Assembly (NCBI RefSeq): GCF_000150275.1
Contig: NW_002060950.1
Coordinates: 1,290,106-1,354,105 of the forward strand
Reading direction: 5' to 3'
Source of the DNA: Trichoplax adhaerens
Lineage: Eukaryota; Animalia; Placozoa
DNA: 64,000 bases
How positions within the stretch are numbered: position 1 is the first letter of the stretch; the number at the start of each line of letters is the position of its first letter. The notes under the pieces are model-generated. The model searched no databases and was not told where the DNA came from. It saw only the letters and a list, made by a program, of their open reading frames with translations. This document shows positions 12,572 to 27,550 of this stretch, in pieces. The translations under genes and the position numbers were made by a program.

Positions 12572-15500
12572 GTCCATAGTCTGCAAATCATGGTAGACAG
12601 AAGTTCAATAACCGCAAGATGATGCAAACTGCTTATTTTCTGCATATTAACATTTATATTAAGGATATACATATAATCAAGTTTAGTTTCCACACTATCG
12701 ACGAAGGTTCATTTTCACTTCTTATCTGAACTAACCAGCTCAATTTTGTAAATTGAATAAAATGGAAGCTAGCTTTATTTATAAAACATTGAAATTCCGG
12801 CTGTATTATAAATTATAAATGGCGCAGTAAAGTTCACTATTTAAAGCTTCATTTATCCTTTCAATAACTATCTTTCGGTGAGACAATTACTTTGCTATTG
12901 AATACTTTAGAAGATAACTCTAGAAGAGTGAAAATAATAGCAAGTCATTATCGTATAGAAAATAAACGTATTCTCTAACTGCCTTTGCCTAAGGCGCCTA
13001 CGCCAAAGATTCGATAGGAATTGCAAAGTTAAAATGGAGTTAAATCGCATGATATTTATCTATATTACTGGTGAGGTATTTAAAATGAAAATCTACTCCT
13101 AATGATAAGCCAATAGTATTACTGTAACACTATTAGTATTATCCAATAGGGCATAAGAAACTACTCAGATGAAATAATTCCTAAATCTAAAAATTTAACT
13201 TCGATATTAGTTTGTTCATCATTATCTCTGCACGTGATATTTTAACAAACTCTTATTTCTTGACTATTTCGTAACAAGTATGATTTCAATGCATTTCAAT
13301 TTTTTAGCCATGGGTTATTTACATTTCTCAATTTAGCGGTGTACGTCATAAAAAATTTTCATTCTGTATTTTATGTGTGTTCGACAGCAAAGATTTTCAG
13401 AAGGTTATTTAATCATAACGAACAATTGCATTCATTCATGATTAATTTTCTTTTCATTGCCTGATCGGGAGCAGCCTATGTAGTAAATTATTCAATGCTA
13501 TTTTCTATCCATTATTGATATATTAACAGCCAAGGTACCTCTATTATATTATCTCGATAATAACATCACTTATAGGGATTGATAAATTATTAAATAGTAC
13601 ATAAAACTGAATTATATTCTGATGATTACCTAAGATACTTCGGTTCGGATTAACAAATACCGTATATAATTAATAGATCTTTGTTTGTACAGTAGCTAGC
13701 TGAAATTAGTATTATCGTCTTTGGAATTAGCACGGTACAGGAAAGTAGTGATACTTGATGAAATTCGGCTATTAAGAGCTGTATATTTATAGCATAGTAG
13801 TTAAAGAGCAGTTTCATCACAGAAAATGGATTCTTCATTGAAAATAACACATTAAAACAAAACCTAGAAGTAGAGCTAAAAATAACAGTGACCATTAGCA
13901 AGAGCATTCAATTCGTTTTTTAATTCATATCATGTACTTCCATAATGTTATAGTTTACGTAATATGTAAAACAGGAAGTAAATGATATATCATCTTTTTC
14001 TTGATTATCAAGACTAACCTGCCGTAAAAACATCGTAATCTTGCTGTAAAAGAACATTATTAGATAATAGATGCCATATCGATGTAATGCTAATCGCTAA
14101 ATAACGAAAAAATTTCCATCATTATCCTAGATAAGGATGGTCGCCTTCAAAAATATTAAATTCATGTTTGAATTATAGTCGTACATAGTTGAAGTATCAC
14201 AGTTTTACTTAAAATAGGAACAAATTTGAACAATAGCCATTCCATGTGAGGTACAGATTAAACGAAATAATGTTACTAAGCTGTTCAAATCATAACTTTA
14301 ATCATACAAGATTTTCATTTCTTCCTGAAAATAAAATGACCTAATATCCAATATTCCTCCAATATAATACGATAACAATTATTAAAGCTACGGCATCATA
14401 CTTTTAGCCATTCTGTCCTGCAATGGTAAGCTCAGTCCCAAACACGAGAAACTAATTAATTTCTACAGCCTTAGGTATGGGTCATCGCCTATAATATCAA
14501 CCACTGTTATACTTCTGTTTTAAGCATTTAATTTCAGCTATCGCTACTAATTTTAGAAAAGGGCTAAGGCTAACGGTGTCAGAGAGCTATACAAGCGATA
14601 TTTCGATTCACTAAGGTAAATCGAAATTTACATTCAAAATCTCCACCCTGATAGAGTTAAATCATTTAATATTCATACCACTACAAAGAAAAGATGGTCA
14701 ATTTTCAAAAGCTTCAAGTTCCTAAATATTAATATACGTGTACATTATCCATTAAAATTTTTATCCGTTAGTTTTCACCAAGTAATTTTTAACAGGTCAC
14801 GTAAATGGACTCTTTTGCAACTATGAAATCGAACCATTGGAAACCTCGATTCCTAAAGTAATGTTGTTATGGCCATGTATAAAATGTTATTTTTTGTGTG
14901 GGCTAGTTTACTAACAACGTTGCAGTTCTTGATTTTAAGTCTTCTATTTAGCGAAATGCACCGACAGTGTACCGCTAGGTTGACTCATTATGGATAACAT
15001 TCTATTATTACCATAGCACTAAATAGTCAGAAATAACATAACACGCTGAAGCATTAATAATGTATCTATTAATGGCTTATTTACTCATGTAAAATTCAAT
15101 AGCTTGCACCTGCTATGATTGTCTTTAAAAAGACTTGAAAATCAAAATTACCATCATAATACCAATAATGCGCTAGTTTACGTAATAAAAATTTAAACAA
15201 GTAATCATATAGTTATCTGTATAATTTTTCTTTTAAACGACAATACCAGTTTAATACTACGGTCTATCTATCTAATTATCGTTAGCCTATAATTGCAATG
15301 CATTTGATTGTAAATCAAGAATGTTGAGTCAACAAATATGTTAGCAATAGTTAAAGTTTGTCATTTTTCCCTAAAATCATTGTTTCGATGATTAATTGAC
15401 AACAAATTATAGACTATGTTCGCATCTGTATATAGTATAAAAAATGTACTACCAGCCAAATCCACACTGTAGTTATTTAATCTTGTACGTTTGTCTAATC

Positions 15501-18500
15501 CTTGTAGATCTATATTTGCACTAAGATCGAGTTTCAGAATTAGTGCGAGGATTTTCGCTTTTATGGTATAAAAAGATCGAGCATCTACCTATCAAGTTAT
15601 TAACTGAAGGAAATTCCGCCATACTTGAAGAAATAACGTTGAACGGATTAAATATAGGTTACAAGTGAGTAATACCAGGATTAATATTCAAATGTAGTTG
15701 TCTTGTATGATAGCGATTAACATTTTAATGACTAATTTAAGCTATTGTAGCGGTTAGCGTGAGGATTTAACTAATAAAAGTCAATTTGGGTCCATACTAA
15801 TGATAACAAATATTAAGCATTAGATTATACAGAATATATAAAACGGCATACAATATAGATAAGATCTATAAATCGGCGGATATGTGCTAGCACAGCACGT
15901 AAGGTAATCTAAGCAGTATCCTTAGTTCTTGGATTGAAACTCATTAATAATTTCGATTGATGATTAACCTCGCCATTGAAAATATTTCTACTTAGTCTTT
16001 ATATCACTAAAAGCTTATCATTAATATCCAACTAAAGCGTTACTTTTTTCATCAGTGAAATAAAATAAAGTCAATTAGAGGTGTACAGATGATAATAGTA
16101 AATTATTGTCTTGCCGTCCTTCCTATTTAGTTCCATAATTAGCGCTATATCAATTGCTATGACACTAAAACTAGTAATAGCTATGAATCACTACATCTAT
16201 ACTTCTGAATGCACGTCGTAAAAGTTGTTCTATCGCATATGGTTATTTTGTAATTTAGAACGTTTATGGATGCATAAAGTATGAGGCATAAATAACTCAA
16301 GTATTACCTTTTATAATTAATACTATCGGCATAAATTAAAATATTTTGGTATTTGATTAAGAAATTTTTCGATTTGATACAAAAGTGATCAGACTAATAT
16401 CAGCCTTAATTGAGATAATTTTGAATTTGAGAAATTTTTCCAATCGGTATAGTCAAAATGGCTCAACTGATATCACTGACCTCAATTAAGGTACGCGTAT
16501 TTCATTGAAAGAAGTTATTCGGATAGTTATAAAAATGACTCGACAGATGTCAATCTGGTAAATTTTAAAAAGAACAAGTTATCAGTGATGAATTTCTAAA
16601 CATCGCCAGCATCGACTCTAATTGGATCATTTCTCATATTATGTTGTACAATACAAGACATTTATAATATTGGCACCCAAATTGCTTACACTAACCGCTG
16701 AACTGGTAAAAATCATAATTTACGCTTTATTTTAGCTATTATTGTATACGAGTATTCTTAACCGTACTTATGATTCCTTTTTGATAGTAAATTGTAACTG
16801 TCGTTAAAATTATCGCTATGAATGCGATTCTTAGTTTTACTGGTTAGACTATGAAATAGAATTAAAGTAAAGAGGCTCCGAGAGATTTTTTAAGACAAAG
16901 CTTTAACAGTCGAAAGTACGCCAATGAAAGTCCTGTAACAGCTTAATATTAACGATGAGGCCTCGAAAGCAATCTGTATTGCTTCTAAAATATTTCTCAT
17001 GCAATTTTGTTCATTATGGAAGTAGATTTGATCTAACTTTCTTTACTGGTATAAATGTGCTTAGACATATTAGAAACTACTGATGAAATCTATAATAAAA
17101 TTAACGATCTAAGTAATGATTCTGAACGTAGACCAGCAGCTTTCGGTATCGTACTACAATATCATCTCTAACTTAAGCCGTACTATAAATAAAGAAATTA
17201 AGAATTACCCTCGTTAGCAGACAAACATGTGAGCAACATCGTACACATAGAGTTAATTACCAGAAGCATTTCTCATCTAGTTAATTTACTAGAAATTAAG
17301 TTTCGATCTTACTCCTATTTTATTGATGCAAACAATACATCATTATCTGATGATAATTAAAATATTATTAAAAATGTCAATAGCAAATTCTGGTAAAAAA
17401 GTTTTTCATAGACACATCAGAGATATTGTTCGAACTTATTCCTAAGTATAGCAGCGGGAAAAACCTATTATATACTAATATCTGAGCAAAATGAATCTAA
17501 TACAAGACGAATTTAATAACTAGAACTTGTAAATGTCTAATTGATACATGTAGATGATTGTTGTAGCAAGATGATGATGGAAAGCTAGACAATAATTTTA
17601 GTTTCTTTGATCTACCGCATCAATACTGAACGTATTATTTGATTTCTTGAATACAGAGAGGAGATCTTACGACAGTATTAAATAGAATTGAACGCATAAG
17701 GGTGCACAAAGATGGCAGTTTTTTCCTTAATATGCATATTAGACGCGAATTTTCAATTTGATTTCGAGGGTGATGATATTTGCTTTACTTTTGAGATGCG
17801 ACAAAACACCTTAAAACTAATCATTTTGAAGTGTTAACTTTAATTCCTGGATATTGGTGGTTGATTGTTGATATTTGTTGTCGTCAAGTAGTTAGAGGCA
17901 GGTGTAACTCGATTCACATTCAATCTTAATATTATTGCCATTGTCTATAATAGTATCGAAATCATAACTTAGTTGAACCATTCATGCTCGATTCCCATCG
18001 TTATCTGTAATTAGAACTGGCAAGAAATCTTGTGCAAAACAAAGTCAGTACTATAGCTTATATCATGATACTAGCAAATATTTCTTCCAGTTTTAATTGC
18101 GATTGGGCGTAGGATTAGTTTAGCCATGGATCATCTTTGATTACAACACTGCCTCGCTCATTATCAATACTTCAACATGAGCATTTTTCGGCCATGGTAC
18201 CGTTAATGGCTTTTTAAATTTTTAATAGATATAGCAGATTAAAATATCTTTCACATATAGTTTGATCTAATAATTACGAAAGCAAATCGATTAGTATGAA
18301 AAACTAAACATGATTTTTACATAACTTGAGAGTATGTTTCATTCCAGGTGTAAAATGGAAATGTTTAAAAAATTATCTCACCGATGTTGTAAGCTACATT
18401 TTAGCTGTGAATACCACGGTAAAAATAATTATTCGTTTAATTACTCTTCACCTATCTCGATACTAATTGTTATCGTATCCCCTGCAATTCCTTTCTACTA

Positions 18501-20080
18501 CTCCTCTTTCATTTATCAATTAGCATTTTAAATGTTGCCAATTGTGATACAAATTGGAAGCCACCTTAATGCCTTACAGCATAAATATAGCGGCTAAATC
18601 AGAAAATTTTCGTCTCTTTTGTAATTAATTAAACGATTATTTACGGTATACGTAAAAGTTGGGGTTAATGTTTATGGGAAAGAATGGTATAAAATCATCC
18701 CATAATCTGAATTGGGTTATTCTTTAACGTTAAGATCAGATTTAAAATCTACTTATTTATTAAACGTAAGTAAGTTCGAATTACATTCGTGGTGATTAAA
18801 TTATGATTCAGTAGCAGCTGCTATTTTTGTAAATTTTTAATAAGAAAAAATCTTAAAGTACGGTAATCATTTGCGGCAGGATTACAGCTAAGAAAAATTT
18901 TATTGCAGTCTTAACAATGAATTATATTTTGCTTAAATTTATTCCGTAGCAAAGAGTACAGATTATGTAGCAAATTAATAGATATTTTAGACCTCTCCTG
19001 ATGACTGATCATCTATAATTAATATTCTAATTTTTTAAGTCTATATTTGAAGAAAATCAAGTAGTAATTTTAATTTTTTATCGTCAGAATTTATATTAAT
19101 ACATAGAGGTCGTTTATGTATTAAAGACGCGGTTGGGAAGTATATTTTGTATAAGAAAACAAGTAAAATTTAAATACTGCGATGAATTATAAAAACAAGT
19201 CTAAACTATCATTACTAGAGTTCGATGCACTCTAATCATAAACTTTACACAAATAAGTGCACGCGGTAACCATTTAGAACAGAACTATTTAAATAAGCTT
19301 TATATGCAATACACATATTGCAAATGAATAACTATGATTGCATATAAAATTTGTGAAAGAAATATTTCCGGCATTTACATCTATCACTATCCTATAATAT
19401 CTATAGAACTACGGTTTGAATATAAAATTTAGTGAAGAGATCTCAAAGAATTATTACTACCCTGCCATATAATAATATCTTCAACTTGATTAAAATAAAT
19501 GCCTGAAATTTACTGTCATAATCCAATTTTATATTGTCATGCTATACGATTTTGCTGGTTATTTTACTCGGTAAAACAATAATCTCCTAATGATAAATAG
19601 AAAATGATACATTTCTGTCTTTGATGCTTAGATCAAGTTGTTGCCAATTCTTTTACGACCACTTATTAATCGAGAAAGGTTTTAAATTACTGTACTCTTC
19701 CAGAGGAAGGTATTTTATTACACTCTAGATAATCATCCAACCATTTACAATTCCTTACCTGCTGTAATTAAATTTTCGGCATAAAATAATTAAGGTTATA
19801 TCTTGATTTATACTAGGGATTTTTAAATCGATGTTTTATCCATTCAATTAGTTTTAATATGGAATCCCTTATGAAATTAAAAAGACATCAAAATAGTAGT
19901 TTATGTATATATAAGTTTTGATAAATTTTAAAAGAATACTATTATTTTCTATCTTAAACGGTCATGTGAATGGGTAAATGATTTCTTACATTCAGCTATA
20001 GTATAATACGCCTGTAGCGATTGTTTCATGTACTTAGGACTTCCTTTTTTTTTGATAAAAAAAGTCCAATTAGAAGCTGT

Positions 20081-20130
20081 NNNNNNNNNNNNNNNNNNNN
20101 NNNNNNNNNNNNNNNNNNNNNNNNNNNNNN
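20081..20130. other. Assembly gap (50 N)
   Basis: Run of N. Confidence 1.
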
Positions 20131-20356
20131 AGAAATAGATATCTAAATTTGGTTAATATATTATAGTGATAATATATTACAACTAGTTACTTACAATAGG
20201 AATTACTCTAATTATAAATGTGTTACAGTAAATTTAATGCTGTGCTGTGCTGTAATGTGCACTAAAATGATTCTGTGAATGGACATGTTGTAGTCTGACT
20301 GTGAAGAATTAGTTAGTAGATGTTCTCACCTAAGTATTTTTATAAGATGACTTGTG
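20131..20356 (+). mobile_element. Family B element fragment abutting an assembly gap
   Basis: Matches the reverse complement of ~57052-57274, then similarity stops abruptly after GATGACTTGTG. Confidence 0.78.
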
Positions 20357-23300
20357 CATTACTTACATTTTAATATAGTATAACATATTTCAACTAAATA
20401 GCTATCTAGGAACATAAAGTGGTAGTAAATCAACTGCGATTGTAAATCAATGATATATACATACACACTGAATATAGATATGGTAGTAAATGCATGATTA
20501 CAGAATAGCACCTTCCATTAAGTAATACACTTGCTAAATGTTAACATTTGTGGTATGTAATCACTACATCAGTTACATAATTGTTCAGTCTACGTTCACA
20601 ATCAAATATGGAAACGAATATAGCAATTTCCGGCGAAATAATCAATGAAGGAAGATTTGCGGGATGTTTATCAAATCATCGAGTCAGTTATAGCGCCTCA
20701 CGCAAAGTTAGACCTTCAAAATAGACTCTATTGTATCACGAAATAGCTAAATATTACTTCAATGACCCAAAATGTCTCTTAAATTGAAATAACATTACCG
20801 TGACAAGCTATAACAAAAATGGCATTGTATTTTAGTCTACTGTAAATAATATTCAAGTTAGACTAATTATAAAGAACCTTCAGACGACATTTGTCGTGGA
20901 AGATATTACTTCTAAATATCAGATTGATGTAAGCTAAAACCATGATTAAAGGTTCATTGCAGCAAATTTAATCATAAATTTCTATTAAATAGAAATTTAA
21001 CTTGGAAACACAACAGTGAAAGCTTTAAAGCTTTAATGTATTTTTTATTACATAAATCGCACAAAATCAAGGAAATCAAATGTTTTTCCTCTATTTTCTC
21101 GAGTTCTTCTCGTTAATAGTTAATTAGATGAAAGATTACAGCACAAACTTTTAAAAGACACGTATTCGAGATGCGATCATGAATAAAGTGGGGATTGACC
21201 ATTTGATCAGCATGATCATACGGTATTCTTAGAAGCTGAATAATTTTTAAATAGTAATTTAATATTTTAATAATCAAATTAATTTTATGACATATTGCAA
21301 AGTTATTGTACACCATGATAATGTATTAACTGTATCTGTCACCGATTATCCATTCATGCACTAATATTTTGAATAAATCCCTTTCCTCAAGTATAAGATG
21401 TCAGTCCATTCTCTGATTTATACAATGTAATAAAAGGTTACTTTCTTATTCGATTGAACTTGACATAACTTTACTGAAGGTATGGTAGATAAATTTAACA
21501 CGCAGGAAGAGTTAAAAACATAAGATAATATATTTCAACGGAAGATAACGTACCGCTTATTTTACGTCAAGACTTCTTAATTGGAATGTTTTATTGAATA
21601 TTTTAGTAATCATTCACCTGATTTATGGTACATTTCAATGTTATTACTGCTAATTAAATTAATCATTTATTACCATTCTACACGTTATTCTACATGATTC
21701 ACGCAAATTTACGTATGCAGTCCATACTAAGGAGACAAAACCAAAATATTATCTTGATTGGTAAATAAATAATATTTTCGCAGATTATATCTTACATCTA
21801 CTTAATTTATAACGAAATTATTTGAAAAATAATGGCATAATCTGTCCTTCTTATAAGCAGTTAAAAAATTTTAGATATGATTGTATATTCATATAAAATT
21901 AATACATAAATTAAAAGTATTTTAAATAGCCCAAATGATGCATATATCCTCCATAAGTAAAGACTTATTAGTATTGAATACAAAATGCCACTGGGCAAAA
22001 TTATATTACGATCACGATGAATAATGAATTCTTCTCAATGCCACTTTAAATATATCGATAACAGGTATATCAATACGTCTTTCTATTTACTATATGATAG
22101 GCTAGTATCTATCAAAACAGAAAGCTGAGTTAAAGGTTCAGTTTAATTCATATCAGCTATTGATGCGCTAATTTGAAGTTGTAAATATAGCATCTGCCCC
22201 CAGCTATAAGCGTGATAGGAAGTGCTTTTACTATTCATAATTTATTTATGTCTGTAAATAAGTGGTTTTTACCGACATACAATTAATCCACAGTATTTAA
22301 ATAAATTTCTTACGCTCGTTTATTGAATATATGAATAAAATATGCAAGTTATCGACGTAAATACCATATTTATTTCATTAGCTGTCATCTATCAGTTCAA
22401 AATCAAAATTCTCAATACCTACGTTACCGCTGAAATTTTAAGTCATCATATATTTGGAGATATAATAATAAATAGCTAGAACTAATATATAATGATACGA
22501 GATGGATAAATATCTTATAATGATATTTAATTATAATTTTCAGTTGATTTAGAAAATATTTACTTTATAGTATTAATTTTAGTAGCTTAATTTTTCACGA
22601 AAACCATTAGAGCTACTATTAATTATAATTCTGTGATAATTTAAGAAACACATATCATAACGACACCCATTAGACGCCTTGTTTTTTATGATGAATATTA
22701 GTCATCCTTATAGGAATAATAAGCTATCTTATGAATAGCTTTATAACAATAGAAGAATTGGTAACAAAATAGAATTACATGTTATCATTCTGATTATAAT
22801 CATCCATCAGAAGCTAAAAGTGTAACAAAGCCTGCTTTGCTAGAACAATTCTGAAACTTCAATCTTCCCTATATATAAATTTTCATGCCAAATGACGCGT
22901 ATATTAATTATGGAAATTTATTTGTCGCGTGTCATCAATGATTACTATCGAAAATGCTATCAGGGATAATAAAGAATAAATTTTTGTTGTTTTTCTGTTA
23001 ATTTAACAACCATAGCTCAACTTAATCGACACGAGAAATTCAATCGGAAACTCCCAAAATTACTTCATTTCGAACGTTATTGCAGGTAAATTCCTACTTT
23101 ATCTAATGGTATTCAATAGTGATTCATCATACCGATCAAATCCCAAGTTTCCGATACCTTACAAAAATATTACTACTCCTCTTCTAAGCGTAATAATGAT
23201 AGTATAAGCAAATGGGTAATATTATAAATTTTAAATTAAACTTAAAGAGCGGGTGTAAATATAGTTCAAATAATTCAAACTCGAATTAAAATATTCTGAA

Positions 23301-23619
23301 AATAATAGAATGAATACAATAAATTTTGGGTTTAAACGTCTAATTTACTTTATAAATTTGCAAGTTAGAAATATCTATTTGACTTTAAAATTTTGTAAAA
23401 ACATCAAATTAAGAAGAGCAACTTACTCATTCCTTTGGCCTACAACAATAGATGTGATCTTGTAAAGCTTTCTAATAAATATACTATTTAACAATCAGTT
23501 TCTCTTAATAGGTAATACGTATATTTATCATCATTAGCACCATACCTGATAGGTGAGATTAATATCACCATAAATCCAAAATCATACCTAAAGCATATCC
23601 ATATCTCGTACAAATTAGC

Positions 23620-24573
23620 ATGTATCATGGTCAAAGTAATTATAGCGACTATATCAACGGAAATTACAGTGGCGTTCCAATATCAGAAGTAGAGCAGACA
23701 TTACGTGCTGCAGCATATACTTTTACTGCACTAACAGGCTTAATTGGTAATACAATCGTCTTGATCATATTTTATCAAAGCCCTAGCCTTCGTGTACCAG
23801 TCAACTATCACTTAATAAATATTGCCATTGTTGATATTATTACATGCTTATCTCGTCAAATATTTAATATTATCGGTGTAGTTACGAATGGTTGGCCATA
23901 TGGTAAAGACTGGTGTGATATTAATGGTTTTATGCAAACATTATGTTATTTATTAACGGTTATGTCACTCTTGGCCATTGCAGTTTCTCGTTACATGGTT
24001 ATTGTGCATAGACGCTCTGTCAGTCATAAGCAAGTTTGTATCACGATAATTATCATCTGGATCTATTCACTTGTTCATTCCTTGTTGCCAATTATAAAGT
24101 GGAATCGATATTTCTATCATAAGAAAGAATTTGCTTGCGTTCCAGATTACAAGTATGAACTTACATATCCTTTATTTTGCGTTATAGCTGACTTTTTAAT
24201 ACCGCAAATAATTATTAACTATTGTTATCTAAAAATTTACTTGATTGCAAGAAATAATAGCTTAAAAGTATTTAATAAATCAGCACGACTGGATAAGATT
24301 CGCTACAATGTCAAGTTAACTCGAAATATGTTTTACGTCTTTCTTGCTTTTTTAATCTGTTATATACCTTATAGTATATCGATGTTATTTATTTCACCCT
24401 TTGGAATTGAATTTCCAGCCTGGTATATTTGGTTTTGCGGTTGGTTAGTTAATTTAAATAGCTCTATCAATCCGATATTATATTACTTTATTTTTCGACG
24501 CTTTCGCCAATTATATATTGCAATGTTATGCAAATGTAATTGCAAGATTGCACCCGAAGTTAGCCTGCGATAA
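23620..24573 (+). CDS. Rhodopsin-class (opsin-like/placopsin-like) GPCR, single coding exon, 317 aa
   Basis: Seven hydrophobic segments; GN (TM1), NIAIVD (TM2), C3.25, SRY, KWNRY..CVPDY in ECL2, CYIPY, NPILY. Asn at the K296 position. Possible 5'UTR intron ending near 23511. Confidence 0.93.
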   Translation: MYHGQSNYSDYINGNYSGVPISEVEQTLRAAAYTFTALTGLIGNTIVLIIFYQSPSLRVPVNYHLINIAIVDIITCLSRQIFNIIGVVTNGWPYGKDWCDINGFMQTLCYLLTVMSLLAIAVSRYMVIVHRRSVSHKQVCITIIIIWIYSLVHSLLPIIKWNRYFYHKKEFACVPDYKYELTYPLFCVIADFLIPQIIINYCYLKIYLIARNNSLKVFNKSARLDKIRYNVKLTRNMFYVFLAFLICYIPYSISMLFISPFGIEFPAWYIWFCGWLVNLNSSINPILYYFIFRRFRQLYIAMLCKCNCKIAPEVSLR

Positions 24574-26955
24574 ATGTATATGTATGAGTAGTGTACTTCC
24601 TTTGCTGTTTTAATTTGCTATCAATGAAGTTAATATTCATCATTATAACAATTGCTAGTCAAGAGTATGAACTTACTCGTTTTACCTAATTATCATTACA
24701 TCTACTTCTCTGTTATCTAATCGTTATTTAAACACACTACGTTTATAGAGAATTTTATTGACATACCTATATTAGTAGTACCATTATAATTACTATACTT
24801 GTAAGTCATCATTTAAGAGAATGCCGTAAATCAATTTTAATTTGAAAGTAGATTTACTTCTTACCAATAATAATGATTTTAACCTTGCAAGGTTAAATCG
24901 ACCTAGTAAGAAATAGTGCCATATCAAACACGTACACTCGTACAGGATACATGTACATATACTTGTTGATTACCAGAATTACGAGTATCAGCTAGCATTT
25001 GTTAATAAAAGGAATTTTTTGATGCTTAGTTAAAAATGTCATTCATTCCGCTTTTCACACTGTTACATCTAGTTATACTCGACAAATAATGTAGTATATC
25101 CTTTGCATTGCATACGATACAGTACTTCTAAGATGATGCATGGATAATATCTGATGTTATTCTACAGTATCCTATTCGTAAAAAAATACCTCTAGTAAAT
25201 ATAACACCATTCTTACTATACAAATCTCTAGCTGATGTCACTTTTTACTTACGTTATTTCAATCTAGTAAATCGAAATTTATCTAATGAATGGAACGCTA
25301 AAAAGTGCGGCAGATAGGCTCTCAGTGAAATTATGCAGGTGGGAAGTTTAAGGAAATTTCCATAATAGCCTGCGTTACTCACTAGACCGTTTCAAATTAA
25401 TCCTTAAGGACTGGAGTCAAATGAATACAATACTGTTCCATTTTCTTCATTCTATCCATTATAACATTTATTACAATAGCAAAAATTGCATATTCAAATA
25501 GTTTTTATTGCTAAAAAATACCTACACACAGCATGTAACTAAAGATCATCATTTTGTGTTTTTGCTCAAGGTATAATTGTTAAAGTAATAATAGTAATTG
25601 TGAAAGAAATAAAGTACGCTTTCATGTGTGTAAAAAAGAGACTTGAACTATTTGGAAAATTGACATTAAAACCATATAACTTAGTAAAAGAAGAAAATAT
25701 CGGAATGATAAGCTAGCATAAATGGTATTATTTTAAAAGTGCGATATGTGATTAGAGTTTGAGGAACCGAAGACTAATCTGCATAATTGTATTTAAAAAA
25801 AAACAATAGATAAACTATACAGCATACCTGAGAGAAGAATGATCAAACGAGAATCATTTTTATCCGTTGATATTGTAAATATCTCAGATTCGGTAGTGCT
25901 ATTAATGTCAATATAGTGATATAAATGATAAATGCTATAAAAGTAAGTGGATATGGGAATAGCTGTAAGATTAGTGCTACGCTGGCCTATACAGTGTCAT
26001 ATATGCGTATACTGCCATTCGTTGGCAAGGACTGAGCGATGAGAAGTGCGGTAGTCTCTAGGGGTATGTATTTTTCTCACCTATTTCTTTCGTATTTCGT
26101 TATTGCGGCTATTTTATTCTTAATGAGTATTACAGTCGTATCTTTGTGTTGCAATAATCTCAGTATATGGCATAAATTGTTTTTACATTAGCTGGAAATG
26201 GAGAATACGTTTCTACGTATGAGAAATAGGCTGATATGAAGATATCCATGAGTATCAAATTACAGTGTACTAATAAAGATAACAGATGTGCTACAGCGCA
26301 TTATAAAGAAAATTCCTTAACATAGCTCACTCAAGGCCAATGTCTTACTATTGCGTTGATACAAAATTAATTTTATTTTTACTTCAAAGATAATCAAAAT
26401 GAAACATTTTAATAGATGTCATTCGTTCGTTACACAGTAGGACCAGCGTACAGTGCTAGATATATAAAAGAGTACATAAAATATCATTGAACAATATCCA
26501 AATTATTTTGCATTGTTGCTGCTCTGTATTGGATTTCAAGATGCACTTTTAATTAATAGTTGTCCCTACTATGCAAACTTTCACCTTTCATAATGCACAT
26601 CTGAGAAAGGCTGTCCAATATCCATTCGTTAGGATTGAGATATGAGCATCATGAATGAGTGAAAAGGTTGAAATTGAATTGCTTAATGATAAAAAGTAAT
26701 TGTATCACCTCGTAGTTGGATTAATTATGTTACAGAAGATGATCTGTTCCTCCAGTTTTCGATTTCAATTGGTAGATGGCATATATGATTGAACCTATCT
26801 CAACGTCTTATTATGCTAGAAAGAGTTGCTTTCTTTTTCTAATTTTTGACTTGTCACATTAAGATCTCACTCCAATCATTTTTTATTAGTTACTGCTGTT
26901 ATGTTACATGATGACTCTGAAGATTCATGACTCCATCGTCTGTTCTGACATCGAT

Positions 26956-27550
26956 GCAAAAATTTGAACATTTTGACCTGCATCGCTGCGGCCATCACTA
27001 TCACTGGCGTACAGTACCAGAAAGAAAAGATAGCCTACATTACAATTAAGTTCGTCAATCGTATTGCCATGTCTGCTTAGTCTCAGTCTTCAATGTTTTT
27101 ACTCTAAGCAAAAATTTTGACATTTTAACCTGCATCGCTGTGGCCATCACTATCACTGGCGTACAGTATCAGAAAGAAAAGATAGCCTACATTATAATTA
27201 TGTTCGTCAATCGTATTGCCATGTCTGCTTAGTCTCAGTCTTCTATGTTTTTACTCTAAGCAAAAATTTTGACATTTTAACCTGCATCGCTGCGGCCATC
27301 ACTATCTTTGACGAACAGTACCAGAAAAAAAAGATAGCCTACATTAGAATTAAGCTCGTCAATGGTATTGCTATGTCTGCTTAGTCTCAGACTTTTATGT
27401 CCTTACTCTATGCAAAAATCTGGACATTTTGACCTGCATCGCTATCCTTGGCGTACGGTACCAGAAAGAAAAGATAGCTTACATTACTGTACAATTAAGT
27501 TCGTCTATGGTATTGCCATGTCTGCTTAGTCTCAGTCTTCTATGTCCTTA
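26956..27550. repeat. Tandem repeat, four units of 152 bp
   Basis: Units start at 26956, 27108, 27260 and 27412 (GCAAAAAT...CCTGCATCGCT...GTCTGCTTAGTCTCAG). The fourth unit has small indels. Confidence 0.95.

Noticed and set aside
26956-27550. CRISPR-like array
   Set aside because: Whole units repeat without unique spacers, the context is eukaryotic, and there are no cas genes.
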